From contig CBDCPB010000004.1 of NCBI GenBank assembly GCA_965220125.1, forward strand, positions 1,478,227 through 1,542,226: a stretch of 64,000 nucleotides of DNA. Direction: 5' to 3'. Numbering within the stretch: position 1 is the first letter of the stretch; the number at the start of each line of letters is the position of its first letter. The DNA is from Dehalococcoidia bacterium (GTDB taxonomy: Bacteria; Chloroflexota; Dehalococcoidia; UBA2979). The translations under genes were made by a program, and so were the position numbers. The notes below the pieces were generated by a model, which saw only the letters and a program-made list of their open reading frames with translations, was not told the origin of the DNA and did not search any database. Positions 1 to 9,073 of this stretch are shown here, piece by piece.

Positions 1-252
1 GCCGAGGATCGGCACCGCGCCGCCCGCGAGCCCCGTCCCGGAGCCCCGAGGCACCACGGGCGCCCGGTGTCGGCTGGCGATGCTCACGGCAGCCGCGACC
101 TCCTCGGCGCTGCCTGGGAGGACGACGGCGTCCGGCAGCGCGCGCTCGATCGTCGCGTCGTACTCGTAGCCGAAGAGATCCTCGGGCAGGTGCAGCACGT
201 GCGCCTCGCCGAGGGCGTCCTGCAGCTCGCGGATCAGCACGTCATTCGCCAT
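1..252 (-). CDS. FAD-binding oxidoreductase (GlcD/FAD-linked oxidase family), N-terminal part; gene continues beyond window start
   Basis: Reverse translation from ATG at 250-252 gives MANDVLIRELQDALGEAHVLHLPED...VPRGSGTGLAGGAVP, a typical FAD-binding PCMH-domain N-terminus (PRGxGTGLxGG). Truncated by the window edge. Confidence 0.75.
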   Translation of the reverse strand, partial: MANDVLIRELQDALGEAHVLHLPEDLFGYEYDATIERALPDAVVLPGSAEEVAAAVSIASRHRAPVVPRGSGTGLAGGAVPILG

Positions 253-279
253 GCGGCGAGTCTAGCACCGGGCGTCCGA

Positions 280-786
280 TCGCCCCTCTCTCCCTCGTCT
301 GCGGGGGGCTGCGCCCTCCACGCCCCCATCCCGGAGGAGCGTGCGCACGGTCGTGTCGTAGACGCGAGGGATACCTCGCAGGGCCGCTCGGCCCACCCAC
401 CCGCCCTCGGATTTTCTTTCTGTGGGGGCGGAGCCCCCACACCCCCGCCCGGATCGGGAGACAAGGCGCTTCCGCCGTAGCGCCCCCTCCGGCCCCCTCT
501 CCCTGGGGAGAGGGCGGGGGTGAGGGGCACACCATACTTCCGAGGGCCACGGAGCGTTCGAGGGCAGGCGCGTCCCTCAGCGGGGGGCGCAGCCCCCCCA
601 CACCCCCATCCGGGAGCGAGCACGCGCTGCGCGCGGCTCTCGCCCACCCACCCACCCTCGGGTTTTCTCTCTGTGGGGGCTTTGCCCCCACGCCCCCGCC
701 GGATCGGGAGACAAGGCCCTCCGCCGTAGCGCCCTGGGGTGTCTCTCTCCCTGGAGAGACGGCGAGCGTGAGGGGTCCGCTCGAAC
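280..786. repeat. Mosaic GC-rich palindromic intergenic repeat cluster (locus A) with two tandem composite copies
   Basis: Modules recur here and at five other loci: CCCTCTCCC-nnn-GGGAGAGGG hairpin; GGGGGCTGCGCCCCC hairpin; CCCACCCACCCGCCCTCGGATTTTCTTTCTGTGGGGG; CGAGGGATACCTCG. No credible ORF; six-frame ORFs here are repeat-driven. Confidence 0.8.
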
Positions 787-1830
787 CTACCCGTCCACGA
801 GGCCCGGACCGGCGACCTCGCCGGCGGCGGTCACGACGACGTCGGCGTAGCTGCCGCCGCGCAGCCGCGCGCCCGGCTCGACGAGGGCGCGAATGAGCTC
901 GGCGTCCTCGATCACGGCGTTGGCGCCGACGACCGTCTCCGCGAGGCTGCAGCCCTCGACCGTCGCGCGCGCGCCGATCAGCGCCGGGCCGGCGATCCGC
1001 GATTCGCGGACGCGCGCGCCCTCGGCGACGGTCACCGCGCCGCTGACCTCGTTGCTGCCTTCCGCAAGCGCCGCGGCACCGCCCGCTCCGGAGTCCGCCT
1101 CGATGCCCGGAAGCAGCCGCGACTGGGCGTGCAGCAGGCCCTCGAGCGTGCCGCCGTCGAGCCATTCGCCGTCGAGCGTCCAGCCGCGCAGCTCACGGCC
1201 CTCGCCGAGCAGCGCCGCGACGGTCGCGGTGAGGTCGGACTCGCCCTTCGCGTTGATGTAGGGGTTCGTGCGCACCCGCTCGACCGCCTCCGGCGCGAGC
1301 AGCCAGAGCCCGACCAGCGCGAGGTCCGAGCGCGGCTGCTCCGGCTTCTCCTCGAGGTCCACGATCCGCTCGCCCTCGAGCAGCGCGACCCCGAAGGCGC
1401 GGGGGTCGTCGACGGCCTGCAGCAGCAGCCCGGCGGTCGCGCCCGACTCCTCGAAGCGCCGCAGCAGCTCCGGGTCGGCGCCGCTCAGCACCGTATCGAC
1501 CGCCAGCACGGCGACCGTGCGCTCCTCGAGTGCCGCGCCCACCGAGGCGACCGCGTCGCCGGGTCCGTTCGGCTCGCGCTGCACGGCCTCGGAGACCGCG
1601 ACGCCGGGCGGCGCGTGGCTGCGCGCGACCTCGGCGGTCGTCGCGTCCTCGGGACCGACGACGACGGCGATCTCGCGCAGCCCAAGCGAGGCCAGCAGCT
1701 CGAGCGCGTAGACGATCAGCGGCCGGTTGAGCAGCGGGACCAGCGGCTTCGGGGTGGCGGGCGTGATCGGACGCAGCCGCGTCCCCAGCCCCGCGGTCAG
1801 CACCACGCCGAGCGGCTCCCGCGCCATCGT
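787..1830 (-). CDS. Sugar-phosphate nucleotidyltransferase (RmlA/GlmU-like) with C-terminal left-handed beta-helix hexapeptide repeats
   Basis: N-terminus MAREPLGVVLTAGLGTRLRPITPATPKPLVPLLNRPLIVYALE matches the G-x-G-T-R-L nucleotidyltransferase motif; the C-terminus is I/V-G-rich hexapeptide-like. Start chosen at the internal ATG (MAREP), not the ORF's first M. Confidence 0.8.
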   Translation of the reverse strand, partial: TMAREPLGVVLTAGLGTRLRPITPATPKPLVPLLNRPLIVYALELLASLGLREIAVVVGPEDATTAEVARSHAPPGVAVSEAVQREPNGPGDAVASVGAALEERTVAVLAVDTVLSGADPELLRRFEESGATAGLLLQAVDDPRAFGVALLEGERIVDLEEKPEQPRSDLALVGLWLLAPEAVERVRTNPYINAKGESDLTATVAALLGEGRELRGWTLDGEWLDGGTLEGLLHAQSRLLPGIEADSGAGGAAALAEGSNEVSGAVTVAEGARVRESRIAGPALIGARATVEGCSLAETVVGANAVIEDAELIRALVEPGARLRGGSYADVVVTAAGEVAGPGLVDG

Positions 1831-1946
1831 CCGCCCTCCTCGCCGCCAGCATCGCACCGAGGCTGGCACCCGTCGAATCCGCGCCGCGCGCGGCGCGGGC
1901 GCACACCGCGCGGGCCGCGTTCCGCCTGTGAGGCGCGGCCTGTACG

Positions 1947-4895
1947 ATGATCTTGATGCCGCGCACCAGCGAACCCGCCTTCAACAACGAACTCGCGAAC
2001 GTGCTGCGCGGCAAGCACCCGCGATGGCGCGATGGCGACCGTATCGGCGCGGAACAGACACGCGTCTTTCAAGACCATCCGGGGCTGCAGCCCGACATCG
2101 TGATCCGCCACCCCGGCGGAGCGCCGGTGATCATCGAGACCGAGTACGAGCCCGCGCACACGGTCGAGGACGACGCCCGCTCCCGCCTCGGCATGGTGAT
2201 GGCGGGCAGCGGCGACGCGGTCGAGCAGGCCATCGCGATCCGCGTCCCGCTCGCTATGCGCGGCGATCAGAGCCACCTCCCCGAACAGATCGCCGCCGCA
2301 GAGTTCCACTACTGCGTCTTCACCCACCGCGAGGGCGAGCCGAACGATCCCCTGCGCTGGCCCGAGTCGGGCTGGCTCAGCGGCGGCATCGACGACCTCG
2401 CGGGTCTGATCGAGCAGACCGCGCTCTCCGAACGCCGTATCGCCGAGGGCATGCGTATCCTCGAGGAAGGCGTGAGCCAGGCCGCTGTCCGCCTTCGCTC
2501 CAACCTCGAACACGATCGGCCCGGCGTGCTGACGCAGATCGCCGAGGCGCTCCACCAGGAGGGAGGGGAGCAGACCTCGCGGATGGCGATGGCCATCGTC
2601 GCCAATGCGCTCACCGTTCACACGAGTATCGCTGGCGCCCACGACATCCCCGCGCTCGACGAGCTGCGCGGTGTCCGTGGGCAGTTGTTGAAGACCAGGG
2701 TGCTCGCGACCTGGCGCCACATCCTCACCGAGATCAACTATTGGCCGATCTTCAGGATCGCCTCGGACGTGCTCCTGCCTATCCCCAACGGAGTGGCGGC
2801 TGCGGTGCTCGAGCGCCTGCACGCTGTCGCCTCCGAGCTCGACGGCATCGGTGTGACCAGCACCCAGGACCTTGCTGGGCAGATGTTTGGCCGGCTGATC
2901 ACAGACCGGAAGTTCCTCGCGACGTTTTACACGCTCCCGTCCTCGGCGGCGCTGCTCGCCGAACTCGCTGTCTCGCGGCTGGATGTCGACTGGACGGATG
3001 CCGAGGCGGTGAAGGCGCTGCGCATCGCCGACCTCGCCTGCGGCACGGGCGTGCTGCTCGCTGCCGCCTACCACGCGGTCGCGGCGCGCCACCGCCGCGC
3101 CAACGGTGATGACGAGGCGCTGCACCAGGCGATGATGGAGCACGCGCTGATCGGCGCGGACATCATGCCCGCCGCGACGCACCTGACCGCCTCGATGCTG
3201 TCGAGCGCGCACCCGACCGTGACGTTCGGCAACACGCAGGTCTACACGATGCCGTACGGCAGGCAGGGCGAGGAAGCTGGCGACGCCATCGCCATCGGGT
3301 CGCTCGACCTCATCGAGAGCGACACGATGCTGGCCTTGTTCACCACCGGGCGACAGGTTCTGCGCGGTACGGGAGCAGACGAGGAGGCCGAGGGCTTCCA
3401 GGAGCTTGTGCTGCCCACAGCCACTGCCGACCTCGTGATAATGAATCCGCCCTTCACACGACCGACGAATCACGCGGGCATCTACGGGGTACCGGTGCCA
3501 TCGTTCGCGGGATTCGCGACGACTGACGACGAGCAGGCGCATATGGCAGCAGCCCTGAAGGGCATCCGCGGGCGATTGACTGACCCTGCGGGCGACGGCA
3601 ACGCAGGGCTCGCGTCCAATTTTCTCGATCTGGCGCATCAGAAGGTCACGCCGAAGGGCGTCCTGGCGCTGGTGCTGCCGCTTACGGTGATCTCGGGCGG
3701 ATCGTGGTCGGCGGCACGCCGCCTGCTCGCGCGCCACTATCGTGATGTCACGGTCATTACGCTCGCTGCGACGGGACAATCCACGCGGGCGTTCTCGGCG
3801 GACACGGGCATCGGCGAGGCGCTGATCGTGGCGGTGAAGCGCGACGAGCCGAATGAAGCCGGGGAGGACGATGGCGAGGCGAACTGTCCCACGCTGTACG
3901 TCAACCTCGTGCATCGACCGCGGAGCACGGTCGACGCTGCGGAAGTCGCTCGCGCGATAGCTCAGCTTGCGAATCAAGAGACCGGCTTCATCCACAGCGG
4001 CGACGACGAGGTTGGCTGCTACATCCGCGCATCGCTTGCGGACGGCGGCTGCGCCTCGCTCCGTGAGCCGCACGTCGCCGCCGCCGCGCTCGGCCTGCCG
4101 CACGGCTCACTGCGCTTGCCGCGGCTGCCGGAGCCGTTCCAGATCCCGGTCGCCACGCTCGCCGATCTGGGCGAGCGCGGCCTGGTTCACCGCGACATCA
4201 CCGGCGAAGAGCGAAACAGGGCTGGAGCGCCGCGCGGGCCGTTCGACATCGCGTTTCGCCGCGGCGGGCGCGCCGCGTATCCCATGCTCTGGAGCCACGA
4301 CGCCGATCGGGAGCGGCGACTCGTGGTGGAGCCAGACAGCGAGGGCCGAGTACGGCCAGGCCGCGACGTACAGGCGGTCAACGTGTGGGGGACGGCCGCC
4401 CGGCTGCACTTCAACTTGGACTTCCGCCTCAACTCGCAGAGCCTCGCCGCGTGCCTCACACCGGAACGCTCGATCGGCGGCAGGGCGTGGCCGAACTTCA
4501 GCGTCGAGGGCGATCCTCGCCGCGAGGAGGCGCTGGCGCTCTGGGCCAACACCACGCTCGGGCTGATCAGCTTCTGGTGGGTCGCCGGGCGTCAGCAGCA
4601 GGGCCGCGCGATCCTGACGATCTCCGGCCTCCCCGCGCTCCCCGTCCTCGACGTGCGAGAACTCGACGCGCGCCAACTCGGGATCGCCGAGCGCATCTTC
4701 GAGGACTTCCGCGACTGGACGTTCCTGCCCGCCAATGAGGCGTACCGCGACGACACGCGGAAGGCGCTCGACCGCGCGGTGCTGTGCGATCTGCTCGGGC
4801 TGCCGGAGTCGATCCTCGAACCGCTCGACGTGCTCCGCCAGCAGTGGTGCGCGGAGCCGACGGTGCACGGCGGCAAGTCCACCCGGCCCACGTAG
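1947..4895 (+). CDS. Single-polypeptide type IIG/IIL (MmeI-like) restriction-modification enzyme candidate: N-terminal PD-(D/E)xK-like nuclease fold, central gamma-class N6-adenine DNA methyltransferase, C-terminal putative target-recognition region
   Basis: SAM-binding motif I DLACGTGVLL (~aa 355) and catalytic motif IV IMNPPFTRP (NPPF, ~aa 500). N-terminus has the MmeI-like arrangement D50-x13-E64-x-E66 (QPDIVIRHPGGAPVIIETEYE), aligned from memory to MmeI D70...E80-x-K82. 982 aa is the right size and domain order for the MmeI/BpuSI family. Confidence 0.6.
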   Translation: MILMPRTSEPAFNNELANVLRGKHPRWRDGDRIGAEQTRVFQDHPGLQPDIVIRHPGGAPVIIETEYEPAHTVEDDARSRLGMVMAGSGDAVEQAIAIRVPLAMRGDQSHLPEQIAAAEFHYCVFTHREGEPNDPLRWPESGWLSGGIDDLAGLIEQTALSERRIAEGMRILEEGVSQAAVRLRSNLEHDRPGVLTQIAEALHQEGGEQTSRMAMAIVANALTVHTSIAGAHDIPALDELRGVRGQLLKTRVLATWRHILTEINYWPIFRIASDVLLPIPNGVAAAVLERLHAVASELDGIGVTSTQDLAGQMFGRLITDRKFLATFYTLPSSAALLAELAVSRLDVDWTDAEAVKALRIADLACGTGVLLAAAYHAVAARHRRANGDDEALHQAMMEHALIGADIMPAATHLTASMLSSAHPTVTFGNTQVYTMPYGRQGEEAGDAIAIGSLDLIESDTMLALFTTGRQVLRGTGADEEAEGFQELVLPTATADLVIMNPPFTRPTNHAGIYGVPVPSFAGFATTDDEQAHMAAALKGIRGRLTDPAGDGNAGLASNFLDLAHQKVTPKGVLALVLPLTVISGGSWSAARRLLARHYRDVTVITLAATGQSTRAFSADTGIGEALIVAVKRDEPNEAGEDDGEANCPTLYVNLVHRPRSTVDAAEVARAIAQLANQETGFIHSGDDEVGCYIRASLADGGCASLREPHVAAAALGLPHGSLRLPRLPEPFQIPVATLADLGERGLVHRDITGEERNRAGAPRGPFDIAFRRGGRAAYPMLWSHDADRERRLVVEPDSEGRVRPGRDVQAVNVWGTAARLHFNLDFRLNSQSLAACLTPERSIGGRAWPNFSVEGDPRREEALALWANTTLGLISFWWVAGRQQQGRAILTISGLPALPVLDVRELDARQLGIAERIFEDFRDWTFLPANEAYRDDTRKALDRAVLCDLLGLPESILEPLDVLRQQWCAEPTVHGGKSTRPT

Positions 4896-4977
4896 CACCT
4901 CCGTAGCCCGCACACCGCAAGCGGCGGGAGTCGCTATCATCGCCCCGGCGCCGCGACGGCGCAGGAGCGGAGGCGGG

Positions 4978-7365
4978 ATGCTGCTGCGAGGGCTCAACGT
5001 CGTCGAGGTGTCTGCGAGCGGGGCCGCTGCGTGGGCCACGAAGGACCTCGCCGACTGGGGCGCGAACGTCGTCGTCCTCGAACCGCCCGAGGGCAGCCCG
5101 CTGCGCGATGAGCCGCCCTGGTACGAGCGCGAGGGCGAGCGCCGCAGCGCCACCTGGCAGTGGCTCTCGCGCGGCAAGACCGTCGTCGCCGCCGGGCCCG
5201 ACCTCCCGACGACGCCCGAGGACGCCCTCGCCCTCTGCCGCGAGGCCGATCTCGTCGTCGCGGAGCACGAGCCGCTGGCCGCGCTGCTCGGCCTCAAGCC
5301 CACCGAGGCGCGCGCCGCGCTCGAGGGCCACAGCGTCGTCGTGCGCATCGCCGCCTTCGCGCCGGACGGGCCGTACGCGCACTACCGCGCGACGGACCTC
5401 GGGATCTGCTCGCTCGGCGGCTGGACGGGGATGCTCGGCGCGCCCGACCGGCAGCCGCTGCGCCCGGCGGGCGACCTCGGCACGCGCGCGACGGGGCTGC
5501 ACGCCCTCGCCGCCTCGCTGCTCGCGCTGCGCCACCGCGAGCGCGGCGCGGCGCCCTCGTTCGTCGAGGTCTCCGCTCAGGCGGTCGCCGCCTCGCTGCT
5601 GACCAGCCCCTGGCTGGCCTACAGCATGTTCGGGACGACCGGCTTCCGGCGCGCGGCGACGTGGCCGAACGCCTCGGTGCGCTGCAAGGACGGCCACGCC
5701 GGCATCCTCCCGCTCACCCACCAGCACTGGGCCTCGCTCTGCGAGGTGACCGGCATCGCCGACGTGCTCGACGAGCCCGGCGGGCGCGAACTGAGCTACC
5801 GCCAGCAGCACGGCGCCCGGCTGTGGGAGCGCGTCCGTGAGTGGTACGAGCTGCGCACCCGCGAGCAGGTCTACTTCGCCGGCCAGGCCGTGCGCGTCCC
5901 CTCCGGGCCCGCCGACAGCGTCTCGCAACGCCTCACGGACGCGCATCTCGAGGCTCGCGGCTTCTTCGAGCGCGCCGTCGTCGACGGCGTGATGCTGCGC
6001 GTGCCGCGCGTGCCCTACCGCATCGCGGGCGCTCCGACGCTGCCGCGCGGCGCGGCGATCGAGGAGCAGCGCGCGAGCTTCGCCCCCGGCGACGCCAGCG
6101 CCGCCGCCGACTCCGGCGCCGAGCCGCCGGAACTGCCGCTGGAAGGCGTGCGCATCATCGACCTGACGTGGTTCTGGTCCGGCCCCCACGCCACGATGAA
6201 CCTCGGCGCGTTCGGGGCGGACGTGATCAAGGTCGAGTCGGTGAGCCGGCCGGACTCCTACCGCTTCACCGGCAGCGCCGCCGGGGAGTCGCAACCCTGG
6301 GAGCGCAACTACCTCTGGAACGACTCCAACCAGAACAAGCGCGGGCTCACCGTGGACCTCAACACCGAGACCGGGCGAGAGCTCTTCGAGCGGCTGCTGC
6401 GCGAGGGCGACGTGATGGTCAGCAACTTCTCGAACCGCGTGCTGCCGAACCTCGGCTACACCGCGGAGCGCCTGCACGAGATCAACCCGCGGCTGATCAG
6501 CGTGACGATGCCGGGCTATGGCCCGGACGGCCCCTGGGGCGACTTCGTCGGCTTCGGCAGCACCTTCGAGCAGGCCGTCGTCGCGACGATGAACGGCTAC
6601 GCCGACGACGACCAGCCGCGGCTGATCGGAGGCGCCTGCGACCCGCTCGTCGGCATGAACGCCGTCGTCGCGATCCAGCTCGCGCTGCGCCATCGCGAGC
6701 AGTCCGGCCTCGGCACGACGGTCGAGGTGCCGCAGTGCGAGGTGCTGGACGCGATGTTCGGGCCGGAGCACATCGCCGTGCAGCACGGCGCGCCCGACCC
6801 CGGCCTGCGCGGCAACAAGCACGACCGCATGGTCCCGCACGAGATCTACCAGACCGCCGGCGAGGACGACTGGATCAGCATCGCCGTCGACAGCGACGAT
6901 CAGTTCGCCGGCCTCGTGAGCGTGCTCGGTCAGCCCGCGCTGTCGGACGACCCGCGCTTCGTGAGCGCGGAGGCGCGCAAGGCCAACGAGGACGAACTCG
7001 ACGCGATCGTCGCCGCCGCCGTCCGCGAGCGGGAGCCGGTCGAGCTGGAGGCGGCGCTGCAGGCGGTCGGCGTCGCCGGCTGCCGCGTGACGCCGGCGTA
7101 CCAGCTGACGGAGGACGTGGGCCTGCGGCACTTCGGCTTCTTCCAGGAGCTGACGCGCGAGGTGACCGGCACGCACCTCTACAAGACCTTCCCCTTCCGC
7201 TTCAGCGGCTTCCCGGCCGCCCACCGCAGCACCGCGCCGCTGCTCGGCGAGCACAACCGCGAGCTGCTGTCCGAGCTACTCGGCCTCGGCGAGGACGAAC
7301 TCGACGCCCTTGAGGCGGCAGGTGAGATCGGCACGACGCCGTCCTGGTCGCCGACGCCGACGTAG
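4978..7365 (+). CDS. Fused tandem CoA-transferase family III (CaiB/BaiF-like) protein, two complete domains in one polypeptide
   Basis: First domain starts MLLRGLNVVEVSASGAAAWATKDLADWGANVVVLEPPEG. The second starts ...LEGVRIIDLTWFWSGPHATMNLGAFGADVIKVES and ends with ...GEHNRELLSELLGLGEDELDALEAAG, a typical family-III C-terminus. Start set at ATG 4978; the upstream part of the ORF overlaps the end of the MTase gene and is Arg/Ser-rich. Confidence 0.7.
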   Translation: MLLRGLNVVEVSASGAAAWATKDLADWGANVVVLEPPEGSPLRDEPPWYEREGERRSATWQWLSRGKTVVAAGPDLPTTPEDALALCREADLVVAEHEPLAALLGLKPTEARAALEGHSVVVRIAAFAPDGPYAHYRATDLGICSLGGWTGMLGAPDRQPLRPAGDLGTRATGLHALAASLLALRHRERGAAPSFVEVSAQAVAASLLTSPWLAYSMFGTTGFRRAATWPNASVRCKDGHAGILPLTHQHWASLCEVTGIADVLDEPGGRELSYRQQHGARLWERVREWYELRTREQVYFAGQAVRVPSGPADSVSQRLTDAHLEARGFFERAVVDGVMLRVPRVPYRIAGAPTLPRGAAIEEQRASFAPGDASAAADSGAEPPELPLEGVRIIDLTWFWSGPHATMNLGAFGADVIKVESVSRPDSYRFTGSAAGESQPWERNYLWNDSNQNKRGLTVDLNTETGRELFERLLREGDVMVSNFSNRVLPNLGYTAERLHEINPRLISVTMPGYGPDGPWGDFVGFGSTFEQAVVATMNGYADDDQPRLIGGACDPLVGMNAVVAIQLALRHREQSGLGTTVEVPQCEVLDAMFGPEHIAVQHGAPDPGLRGNKHDRMVPHEIYQTAGEDDWISIAVDSDDQFAGLVSVLGQPALSDDPRFVSAEARKANEDELDAIVAAAVREREPVELEAALQAVGVAGCRVTPAYQLTEDVGLRHFGFFQELTREVTGTHLYKTFPFRFSGFPAAHRSTAPLLGEHNRELLSELLGLGEDELDALEAAGEIGTTPSWSPTPT

Positions 7366-7408
7366 GCGCGCCGGGCGCGCGGCGGTGCCGTCGCGGTATC
7401 CTCCGGAC

Positions 7409-8026
7409 ATGGTTGCCGAACTCGCGAATCCCGGGCTGAAGGAGTGGGCTGTCGTCGTGCGCGCGCTGCGCGACGGCCAGCAGATCATCGACCTGCGCAA
7501 AGGCGGCATCCGCGAGGAGGGCCACCGCTTCCGCGTGCGCGCCTCGCGCTTCTGGCTCTACGAGAGCTACGAGCACCAGCGCCCGGAGCTGATCCGCCCC
7601 TCCGAGCGCCCGCTGATCGAGGCCGTCGCCGCCTCGGCGCCCGCGGCGGGCGAACTGCGCGTCGACGCCTGGGCGGAGATCGCGGAGACGGCGGCGCTGA
7701 CCGAGCCCGCGCAGGTCGCCGCCCTCGACGGGCAGCACATCTGGACCGCGGACTACGCGGAGCAGCGCTTCCGCTGGCGGCCGAAGGCGCCGCTGATCGT
7801 GCTCGTGCTGCGCGTGCACCGCCTCGACGAGCCGCTCACCGTCCCGATCCGCGACCACTACGCCGGCTGCACCTCGTGGACGCCGATGGCCGACCTGCCG
7901 CCCGACCCGCGCGCCGCCGCCTCCGCTCCCGTCCTCGACGACGCTGCCTTCGCACAGCGCCGCGCCGCCCTGCATGCAGCGCTGCCGGGCATCGCCTTCG
8001 GCCCGCCACAGATCGAGGACGAGTAG
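7409..8026 (+). CDS. DUF1802-family hypothetical protein
   Basis: MVAELANPGLKEWAVVVRALRDGQQIIDLRKGGIREEGHRFRVRASRFWLYESYEHQ resembles DUF1802 N-termini (KEWAVVxRAL...LRKGGI). Internal ATG chosen. Confidence 0.5.
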   Translation: MVAELANPGLKEWAVVVRALRDGQQIIDLRKGGIREEGHRFRVRASRFWLYESYEHQRPELIRPSERPLIEAVAASAPAAGELRVDAWAEIAETAALTEPAQVAALDGQHIWTADYAEQRFRWRPKAPLIVLVLRVHRLDEPLTVPIRDHYAGCTSWTPMADLPPDPRAAASAPVLDDAAFAQRRAALHAALPGIAFGPPQIEDE

Positions 8027-8054
8027 CGGGGCAGCGCGGCCGGGCGCCCGGACT

Positions 8055-8230
8055 GCTGGAGGAGGGGGAGGGTCGCCGGCGAGCGCCCTCACCCCAACCC
8101 TCTCCCTCGGGGAGAGGGGGCCGGACCGCCCTCGAGGGTTGCGCAGCGTACAGCGGACCTCTGGGCGGCGTGGGGGGCTGCGCCCCCCACAGAGAAAGAA
8201 CTCCGGGGCCGGAGGGGCCGGGCCGCGCGC
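8055..8230. repeat. GC-rich palindromic intergenic repeat (locus B)
   Basis: Contains GCCCTCACCCC, CCCTCTCCCTCGGGGAGAGGGGG hairpin, GGGGGGCTGCGCCCCCCAC hairpin and GGCCGGAGGGGCCGGGCC, shared with loci A, C, D, E and F. Confidence 0.75.
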
Positions 8231-8242
8231 CAGCGCGTGCTG

Positions 8243-8992
8243 CTACTGGCCCTGCCAGACGGGGTCACGCTTCTCGGCGAAGGCCTTCGGGCCCTCCTTC
8301 GAGTCTTCCGAGGCGTGGACCACCTTGCTGACCCAGGCGCCGAGGCGAAGCGCCTCGTCGACCTTTGCCAGCCGCCACTCCTGGATCTGCGCCTTCGTGC
8401 CCTCCACGGAGAGCGGGGCGTTCTCGATGATCATCTCCGCGATCTCGATCGCCCGGGGGATCAGTGCGTCCGGTTCGAGCACCTCGGTCACGATGCCCCA
8501 CTCCAGCGCCTGCTGCGGCTCGATGCGGTCCGCGGTAAGCAGGATGTAGTTGGCCGCCGACAGCCCGATCACCCTCGCGAGGTGCTTCGTCGCGTAGCCT
8601 GCCATGATCCCGCGCTTCGGCTCGAACAGGCCGAAGTAGGACTCCGTCGAGCAGATCCGGATGTCGCAGTCGAGCGCGGTCTCCATCCCGCCGCCCACGG
8701 CGAGCCCGTTGATCGCCGCGATGAACGGCTTCGAGTTCCCCGAGTAGGGATAGGTCGCTCCGAACTGCCCCTTGAAGGTGCCCTCCGCCATCTCCCGGAG
8801 GTCGCCGCCCGCGCAGAACGCGCGCCCGGAGCCGGTCACGATGCCGACACGCATCTTCGGGTCGTCGCTGAAGTCCGCGATCGCCTCGCTCAGCTGGTTG
8901 ATCAGCTGCCCGCCGAGGGCGTTGAGCCGCTCGGGGCGGTTGTAGGTGAAGATCGCGTACTGGTCGCGCTTGTCGTAGATCAGGTCCGGCAT
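8243..8992 (-). CDS. Enoyl-CoA hydratase/isomerase (crotonase family)
   Basis: MPDLIYDKRDQYAIFTYNRPERLNALGG...AFCAGGDLREM...GLAVGGGMETALDCDIRI are classic crotonase motifs. GAGGAG Shine-Dalgarno precedes the ATG at 8990-8992. Confidence 0.85.
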   Translation of the reverse strand: MPDLIYDKRDQYAIFTYNRPERLNALGGQLINQLSEAIADFSDDPKMRVGIVTGSGRAFCAGGDLREMAEGTFKGQFGATYPYSGNSKPFIAAINGLAVGGGMETALDCDIRICSTESYFGLFEPKRGIMAGYATKHLARVIGLSAANYILLTADRIEPQQALEWGIVTEVLEPDALIPRAIEIAEMIIENAPLSVEGTKAQIQEWRLAKVDEALRLGAWVSKVVHASEDSKEGPKAFAEKRDPVWQGQ

Positions 8993-9073
8993 CGCCACAT
9001 CTCCTCGCTCGCGCGCGCAGGGTACCCTGTCGGGGCGGCCAATGGGCAGGCCGCACGCGGGACGGACGAGACG

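Noticed and set aside
234-729. Small ORFs inside repeat loci (e.g. 234-647, 520-729, 14130-14546, 25554-25883, 62461-62810) that share peptide strings like GVGAPPPQKENPRAGGW
   Set aside because: Their similarity comes from the repeated DNA modules, not from selection on protein. They overlap each other on both strands, have no ribosome-binding sites, and their boundaries track module boundaries.
4735-4977. N-terminal 81-codon extension of the CoA-transferase ORF starting at 4735
   Set aside because: The extension overlaps the 3' end of the MTase gene and translates to Arg/Ser-rich low complexity. A family-III-like N-terminus begins at the ATG at 4978 (MLLRGLNVVEV...).
1797-7254. Very long minus-strand ORFs 1797-4103 (768 aa) and 4567-7254 (895 aa) opposite the MTase and CoA-transferase genes
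   Set aside because: Their products are Arg/Gly/Ala low-complexity with no recognisable motifs. In ~72% GC DNA the antisense frames of real genes stay open for kilobases, whereas the plus-strand products carry clear enzyme motifs.
8055-8230. tRNA or other structured RNA gene hidden in the GC-rich intergenic hairpins
   Set aside because: No T-loop (GGTTCGAATCC-like) or anticodon-arm geometry was found. Stems are simple perfect palindromes typical of REP-like elements. An undetected sRNA cannot be excluded without a covariance search.
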